Source of the DNA: a virus
Reading direction: 5' to 3' (one strand)
Virus record (IMG/VR): IMGVR_UViG_3300035698_023746
Coordinates: 1 to 29,424 of that record
DNA: 29,424 bases
In this document: in pieces, positions 25,432 to 29,424 of the stretch
Position numbering within the stretch: the first letter of the stretch is position 1
How the letters are laid out: the number at the start of each line of letters is the position of its first letter
Notes under the pieces: model-generated
Told to the model about the DNA's origin: nothing
The model's input: only the letters and a program-made list of their open reading frames with translations
Databases searched by the model: none
Program-made: the position numbers and the translations under genes

Positions 25432-25459
25432 ATTATACATTCTTTCCCAAGCTTGTCAA
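25432..25459 (-). promoter_or_regulatory. Consensus sigma70 promoter, leaderless geometry; -35 contains the upstream TGA stop
   Basis: TTGACA(25459-25454), 16 nt, TATAAT(25437-25432), 6 nt, ATG 25425. Confidence 0.85.
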
Positions 25460-25719
25460 CTACAATCATCTTCACCTTCTTCTGGGAGAACCGTCTCTAC
25501 AGAAACAGCCTCTCTGTCTTCGGCGTAACCCTCCACCACCCTATGTAAGGCGAGGCTTGCGATTTCATCTTCTGCACGATGATGGACTGCTATTTTCCTT
25601 TTCTCCGTGATAGAGAACAGGATAAACCCGCCATTTGTAAATTCCTCAAGAGAGTCTAAAAAACTCTCTGGGATCGTGAAGTCTGGAAGTTTTTCTGGAT
25701 CGATATTGTCTTGAGCCAT
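25456..25719 (-). CDS. Small acidic hypothetical protein upstream of dnaB
   Basis: 87 aa, D/E-rich, with its own promoter. Confidence 0.75.
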   Translation of the reverse strand: MAQDNIDPEKLPDFTIPESFLDSLEEFTNGGFILFSITEKRKIAVHHRAEDEIASLALHRVVEGYAEDREAVSVETVLPEEGEDDCS

Positions 25720-25724
25720 GGTAT

Positions 25725-25754
25725 ATTATACACTTAAACTCCTAATTTTTTCAA
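25725..25754 (-). promoter_or_regulatory. sigma70-like promoter, leaderless geometry
   Basis: TTGAAA(25754-25749), 18 nt, TATAAT(25730-25725), 5 nt, ATG 25719. Confidence 0.68.
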
Positions 25755-26144
25755 AAATCGTAGGTTAAGCTTTTTCTTTTCTTCCCAAAAAATTTCAATT
25801 AAGTTGATGTCGTTTTTCTCACAAAAATCTCTCTTTCTTTCATCTTTTAGGATTTGATTAAGATATTGATTATGGTTCCCGTTGTGAAAAAACTTCACAA
25901 ATTTAGTATGCTGCTCACCCTGAACCTCTATCGCCATCATCTTTGTTGCGTTAAAAAAATCGATACTATACCGAGTCCCATAGACTGGAAACTCTTCGTA
26001 AACAATATTGCTCCCCCAAGCTTTAGACAGTAGCTTTTTTACCTGAGCCTGAAACTTTGACCGACTTTTACCGTCCCAATCAATGCGATACTTTGAAACG
26101 CTTTTTCTCGTGCAAAGTCTCCCCGATATGTTATAAAGCCTCAT
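25734..26144 (-). CDS. Vsr-like/DUF559 PD-(D/E)XK endonuclease
   Basis: EEFPV...IDFF...AIEVQGEQH...DERKRDFCEKNDINLIEIF. Confidence 0.85.
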   Translation of the reverse strand: MRLYNISGRLCTRKSVSKYRIDWDGKSRSKFQAQVKKLLSKAWGSNIVYEEFPVYGTRYSIDFFNATKMMAIEVQGEQHTKFVKFFHNGNHNQYLNQILKDERKRDFCEKNDINLIEIFWEEKKKLNLRFLKKLGV

Positions 26145-27291
26145 CCGTTTTCGCTATGAAATGCTTTGTCATCTCTTCCTTCATGCAATTCACAAGCTCT
26201 GCCCTTCCCTCAAAGAAGTTGTAGAAATTTTCCTTACCTTGGAATCTCTGGGGGAAATCATCTTCATCCCACTTTGCTTTCTCAATCATATCTTTCCTAA
26301 AGTGATCATCGAAAGCATACCACACCCCGCTCTTGCGGGCAAAGCTATACATTAGCAAAACAATCGCAACCTCTCTTTCTACCCACACTCCATGATTGTG
26401 CTTGATGGGAACTGAAACCGATTCATTGTCTCGATCATGTGGGGTCTTTACAAATTTTACCGTGTAATAATGCCCAATTTTTTTCTTAGGCGTAGGAGCC
26501 TTGTCCCCACCCTTCTTCTTCGCCTTTTTAGGGCGAACTGTCTGGGCAAAAGCTGCAAATGGATCGTCTTCACTGGCCCCGTCGGCATAGATGTAGTCCC
26601 CATCGTAAAGCTTTTCGATGTCCCCCGTTAGATTGGAGGCATGCTGAAGAGCCCACCCACCAGAGGATTGGGTCGTTTTCCCGCCATGCTTTGCTGCGTT
26701 GATATTTGCCCGAACTTGAGAAAGGATATGGAAGTGATGACCAAAGGCGCATAGGTTCGGCCCTAAGTCCTTCATTAAATTATTGCTGACCGTTGCAGTT
26801 CCGCCAACTCGCACAGCCTCGCCCATTGTTTTCTTCACGTCTTGAGAAGATCTCATCATATCCAAGGAGTCAAAAACAATAAAAAATTTAAGCCCGCTTG
26901 AGTTATTTTTGATCATGGAGATTATCTGATCCCCAATATCCTCATAGATATTAGTTCTCCTAATGATAAAACGCCTCTTCTCTCTTGGGAGCTTTCTTTC
27001 CTTGTCAAAAATCCCAGAAACTGGACTTCCCATGAGCTTCAACAGGGAGAGCCTGCCTTCCGTGTCGTAATAAATAACGCGACCTTTATCTCCCCAATGC
27101 TCCAGCCACTTACTTGCCCATTGTAAGCACTGCATCGTTTTACCGTGGGATGGTTGGCCCGAGAATCTATTGACTCCTGCACCAAATCCGCCCCCTAAAA
27201 AGATATCCAACAGTAAGCTGCCAGTTGACACTTTAAAATCATGGTCCTGAAGATCACTCAAAAACAAATCATTGTCTAAAACTATTTCCAT
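26131..27291 (-). CDS. recA: RecA/UvsX-like recombinase
   Basis: STGSLLLDIFLGGG, GQPSHGKT (Walker A), YYDTEG, VFDSLD (Walker B), SQVR, SSGGWALQH. Confidence 0.92.
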   Translation of the reverse strand: MEIVLDNDLFLSDLQDHDFKVSTGSLLLDIFLGGGFGAGVNRFSGQPSHGKTMQCLQWASKWLEHWGDKGRVIYYDTEGRLSLLKLMGSPVSGIFDKERKLPREKRRFIIRRTNIYEDIGDQIISMIKNNSSGLKFFIVFDSLDMMRSSQDVKKTMGEAVRVGGTATVSNNLMKDLGPNLCAFGHHFHILSQVRANINAAKHGGKTTQSSGGWALQHASNLTGDIEKLYDGDYIYADGASEDDPFAAFAQTVRPKKAKKKGGDKAPTPKKKIGHYYTVKFVKTPHDRDNESVSVPIKHNHGVWVEREVAIVLLMYSFARKSGVWYAFDDHFRKDMIEKAKWDEDDFPQRFQGKENFYNFFEGRAELVNCMKEEMTKHFIAKTDEAL

Positions 27292-27315
27292 ATTTCCTCT
27301 TATTTCCTCTTATTT
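27291..27315. repeat. 10-bp tandem duplication of the recA ribosome-binding site
   Basis: tatttcctct x2 plus tattt; minus strand AAGAGGAAAT twice before ATG. Confidence 0.85.
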
Positions 27316-27858
27316 TTCGAACCTAATGAACTCTTCAATTGTTTTTGGCCTTAACTTTGAAGCTCCCACGCTGCTTAAATCCTTGACATTCTTACCTTCT
27401 AATTGAACGTCACCTCTTTTCGTAATATCCTCGTTCTTATCCAAGCCACGCTCTATTTTCTTCGCCTTCTTGAACTCCTTGAATTGCCAATTTAAAAATG
27501 CCTTGCCGCCCTGAGACACAAACCATGCAAGACTATTCAACTTTGTTTTCATTGGTAGAAAATCCCAGAACTCTTTATCTCCACATTTCTCCAAAAGCTC
27601 CGCAGCAAGATGCAACTCTCTGCCACTCAGCCTTTTAGACTTCTCCTCAAACAAAAACTTCTTGCAAAAGTCCACCTCTCTCTCCGTGTAAAGGTTTCTT
27701 GCCTCAATATTATTTTCCTTGAAAATCTTTTGGATCTGATATAAGGTAGTGTTGTATTTCGTCGCAAGCCTCTTTTGTGTCCACCAATTGTTTGATAGGT
27801 AAAGCCTGATAACTTCCTTTGCTTCTGGAGGTGGTAATAATTCTGGCGAGTCTTTCAT
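27310..27858 (-). CDS. Hypothetical protein with an HTH-like N-terminal segment
   Basis: WWTQKRLATKYNTTLYQIQKIFKENNI resembles a helix-turn-helix. 182 aa. Confidence 0.7.
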   Translation of the reverse strand: MKDSPELLPPPEAKEVIRLYLSNNWWTQKRLATKYNTTLYQIQKIFKENNIEARNLYTEREVDFCKKFLFEEKSKRLSGRELHLAAELLEKCGDKEFWDFLPMKTKLNSLAWFVSQGGKAFLNWQFKEFKKAKKIERGLDKNEDITKRGDVQLEGKNVKDLSSVGASKLRPKTIEEFIRFEK

Positions 27859-27864
27859 TACGCC

Positions 27865-27892
27865 ATTATATTCCTCTTTTTTCTAAAGTCAA
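27865..27892 (-). promoter_or_regulatory. sigma70-like promoter, leaderless geometry; -35 contains the gmd TGA stop
   Basis: TTGACT(27892-27887), 16 nt, TATAAT(27870-27865), 6 nt, ATG 27858. Confidence 0.85.
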
Positions 27893-29088
27893 GATATTAA
27901 TGACTGAATGTCATTCGACACCATCTTATAGACCAACTCTCGAAACGAAACCTTAGACTCCCAACCCAAATCTTTTTGCGCCTTTGTGGAGTCTCCGCAT
28001 AAAACCTGAACCTCTGCGGGCCTAAAGAATTCCGCACTCACCTCAACAAGAACAACGTTCGTGCCCTTTACACGATACTTGACAGTTGCCCAATCCTCTC
28101 TTTTATCCTCAAAAACAAAAGTTCCATCGATTCCCGCAGCTTCAAAAGCTACATCTACAAATTCGGCAATCGTATGGTCTTCCCCAGACGCAAGAATGTA
28201 TTCTTTCACTTTGGTAAGCCAAACAACTTCTGTTTGCTTTTTCTTTTTCTTAATTGGCGTAGGCACATTGGGATCAAAAACTCCCAGTTCTTCACGATAC
28301 ACTTCTTGAATTTCTTTGTTGTATTTTTCTTGATTGAGCATCCTCCAGACACCGTCAACAAAATCTTCCGCATCAGACCAGTCTCGTCTCGTCGCCATAT
28401 TTCCAAGCTTCATAGGCTTAAACTCTTCGCCTTTCAACATCTTCTGCTGGATCTCTGCAACGCCTTGGGTGATCTTTCTCGTCACAAATTCTTCCCCTCG
28501 TCGTGTTCCCTCATGGTTGAATAGCCAACCTTGGACGGCGTATAATCCATAAGACTCCCTGTAAACCTTCACAAGATGCCTTGCAGCCGCTTTTGCTGCT
28601 CCGTAGGGGGAACGTGGCCTTATTGGGTGCCCCTCTGTCTGAGGAGTCCATTGCACATCTCCAAATTCTTCTGACGTGCCTGCATTATAGAAGCGAGTCT
28701 CTGGTGAGAATTGCCTGATAGCCTCAAGGATGTCTAAGACTGCGACGGCGTTTGTTTCAAAGGTCTGCTTGGGAATATCCCAGCTACTACCGACGAAACT
28801 TTGCGCTGCAAAATTGATGAAATAGGCAGGTTGAAGATCACGCACCACGGAAATGATACTGTGAGGGTCAGTAAGATCAAAGGTAAGTCTGTGGAAACGA
28901 GAGTCGTCAAATGCATGTTTAATATTCCTATAGTTTCCAACGCTGACCCTTCGGAAGGTTCCGTAAATTTCAAAATCTGTATTCTTTAAGAGGTAGTCAA
29001 CCATATGACTGCCATCCTGTCCAGAAACCCCTGTAACAACAACGATATTTTTCTTCATTTTATTTTTCTTCATTTTATTTTCTAACAT
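27889..29088 (-). CDS. gmd: GDP-mannose 4,6-dehydratase
   Basis: TGVSGQDGSH, NFAAQSFV, AGTSEEFG, PRSPYGAAK, LFNHEG, FVTRKIT, RRDW, RPAEV. Confidence 0.96.
   Translation of the reverse strand: MLENKMKKNKMKKNIVVVTGVSGQDGSHMVDYLLKNTDFEIYGTFRRVSVGNYRNIKHAFDDSRFHRLTFDLTDPHSIISVVRDLQPAYFINFAAQSFVGSSWDIPKQTFETNAVAVLDILEAIRQFSPETRFYNAGTSEEFGDVQWTPQTEGHPIRPRSPYGAAKAAARHLVKVYRESYGLYAVQGWLFNHEGTRRGEEFVTRKITQGVAEIQQKMLKGEEFKPMKLGNMATRRDWSDAEDFVDGVWRMLNQEKYNKEIQEVYREELGVFDPNVPTPIKKKKKQTEVVWLTKVKEYILASGEDHTIAEFVDVAFEAAGIDGTFVFEDKREDWATVKYRVKGTNVVLVEVSAEFFRPAEVQVLCGDSTKAQKDLGWESKVSFRELVYKMVSNDIQSLIS
29047..29081. repeat. 15-bp tandem duplication at the gmd 5' end (MKKNK x2)
   Basis: atttttcttcatttt at 29047-29061 and 29062-29076. 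Confidence 0.9.
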
Positions 29089-29297
29089 AGTGTTCTATCA
29101 CAAAAGCTGCGCTGCTTTTAATAATCTTATTTATTCTAAAAAGTTCTTCCAATATTTTTTTCGGAAAAACTGACGTGCCATCGGCTTCAAGCTTTAAGCA
29201 CGTAATAAATGCTTCGTCACAAAGATGCAAAAATTGTTCATACATCTTTTGACCTCCACACAACCACGAGTCTCCTGGAGCCTCTTTCACATCTTCA
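29075..29297 (-). pseudogene. folA: Dihydrofolate reductase C-terminal half, cut off by an IS insertion
   Basis: EDVKEAPGDSWLCGGQKMYEQFLHLCDEAFITCLKLEADGTSVFP aligns with the DHFR segment (E. coli) [33 protein letters not shown]. Upstream, the frame runs into the IS end (TAG at 29305-29303). Confidence 0.85.
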
Positions 29298-29424
29298 TTG
29301 AACTACCTCCACGACAAGCGTGGAGGATTCTCAGGAACTACAAACCAATGTCTGTATATTTACTGAGCTAACACTGTCGTCCCGACAGCTAAGTATTCTT
29401 AATCCTTCAACTAATATATTTAGA
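29298..29424 (-). mobile_element. tnpB: Right end of an IS200/IS605 TnpB element (TnpB C-terminus and reRNA scaffold), partial
   Basis: Minus strand encodes LNILVEGLRIL (TnpB C-terminal NIL..GL motif; ORF ends at TGA 29331), then GAATCCTCCACG-CTTGT-CGTGGAGG-TAG-TTCAA. This is a subterminal hairpin (29306-29326) with the canonical TCAA right end. Confidence 0.8.

Noticed and set aside
25426-25440. ORF-track N-terminal extensions (DnaB MYNAN-, PARP MGA-, NADAR first 18 aa, DnaQ first 5 aa, vWA first 6 aa)
   Set aside because: They overlap promoters or upstream genes; downstream ATGs have better SD, coupling or leaderless geometry.
594-28989. Numerous plus-strand ORFs in the track (e.g. 5344-5934, 4455-4883, 12967-13308)
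   Set aside because: All are antisense shadows of well-supported minus-strand genes, with no recognisable motifs or SD.
465-29290. Stop-codon reassignment (code 15/4) as in some large phages
   Set aside because: TAA, TAG and TGA all end full-length recognisable proteins, and no conserved gene is interrupted by an in-frame stop.
29296-29330. IStron (group I intron + IS605) restoring DHFR by splicing
   Set aside because: The element ends in TTCAA, not the terminal G required at a group I 3' splice site, and the intron core would be outside the window. Unsupported, though not strictly excluded.

Overview
Gene-dense window, essentially all on the minus strand, from a large dsDNA phage-like genome (standard code; host not determinable from the sequence). 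The right half is a replication/recombination cluster: RecA, Vsr-like nuclease, DnaB, DnaG, PD-(D/E)XK nuclease, DnaQ-like exonuclease, and a DnaE in three genes. Two DnaE pieces carry a naturally split intein, with a decayed Vsr-like homing-endonuclease remnant between them. The left half carries auxiliary genes: ClpC, two HNH nucleases, SpeD plus a SpeE fused to an unknown domain, vWA, an HAD nucleotidase, a WGR-helical-catalytic PARP, and PncA+PncB NAD salvage. A SLOG-NADAR fusion sits inside the dnaE cluster. PARP, NADAR, PncA and PncB suggest a phage NAD-recycling/ADP-ribosylation circuit that differs from the known NARP1/NARP2 pathways. Both window edges hold IS200/IS605 RNA-guided nuclease elements that the ORF track misses. 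On the left, an IscB/IsrB N-terminus with its omega-RNA starts in the pncB stop codon. On the right, a TnpB-type right end is inserted inside a DHFR gene. Many genes have sigma70-like promoters positioned for leaderless mRNAs, several with -35 boxes built on the upstream TGA stop.
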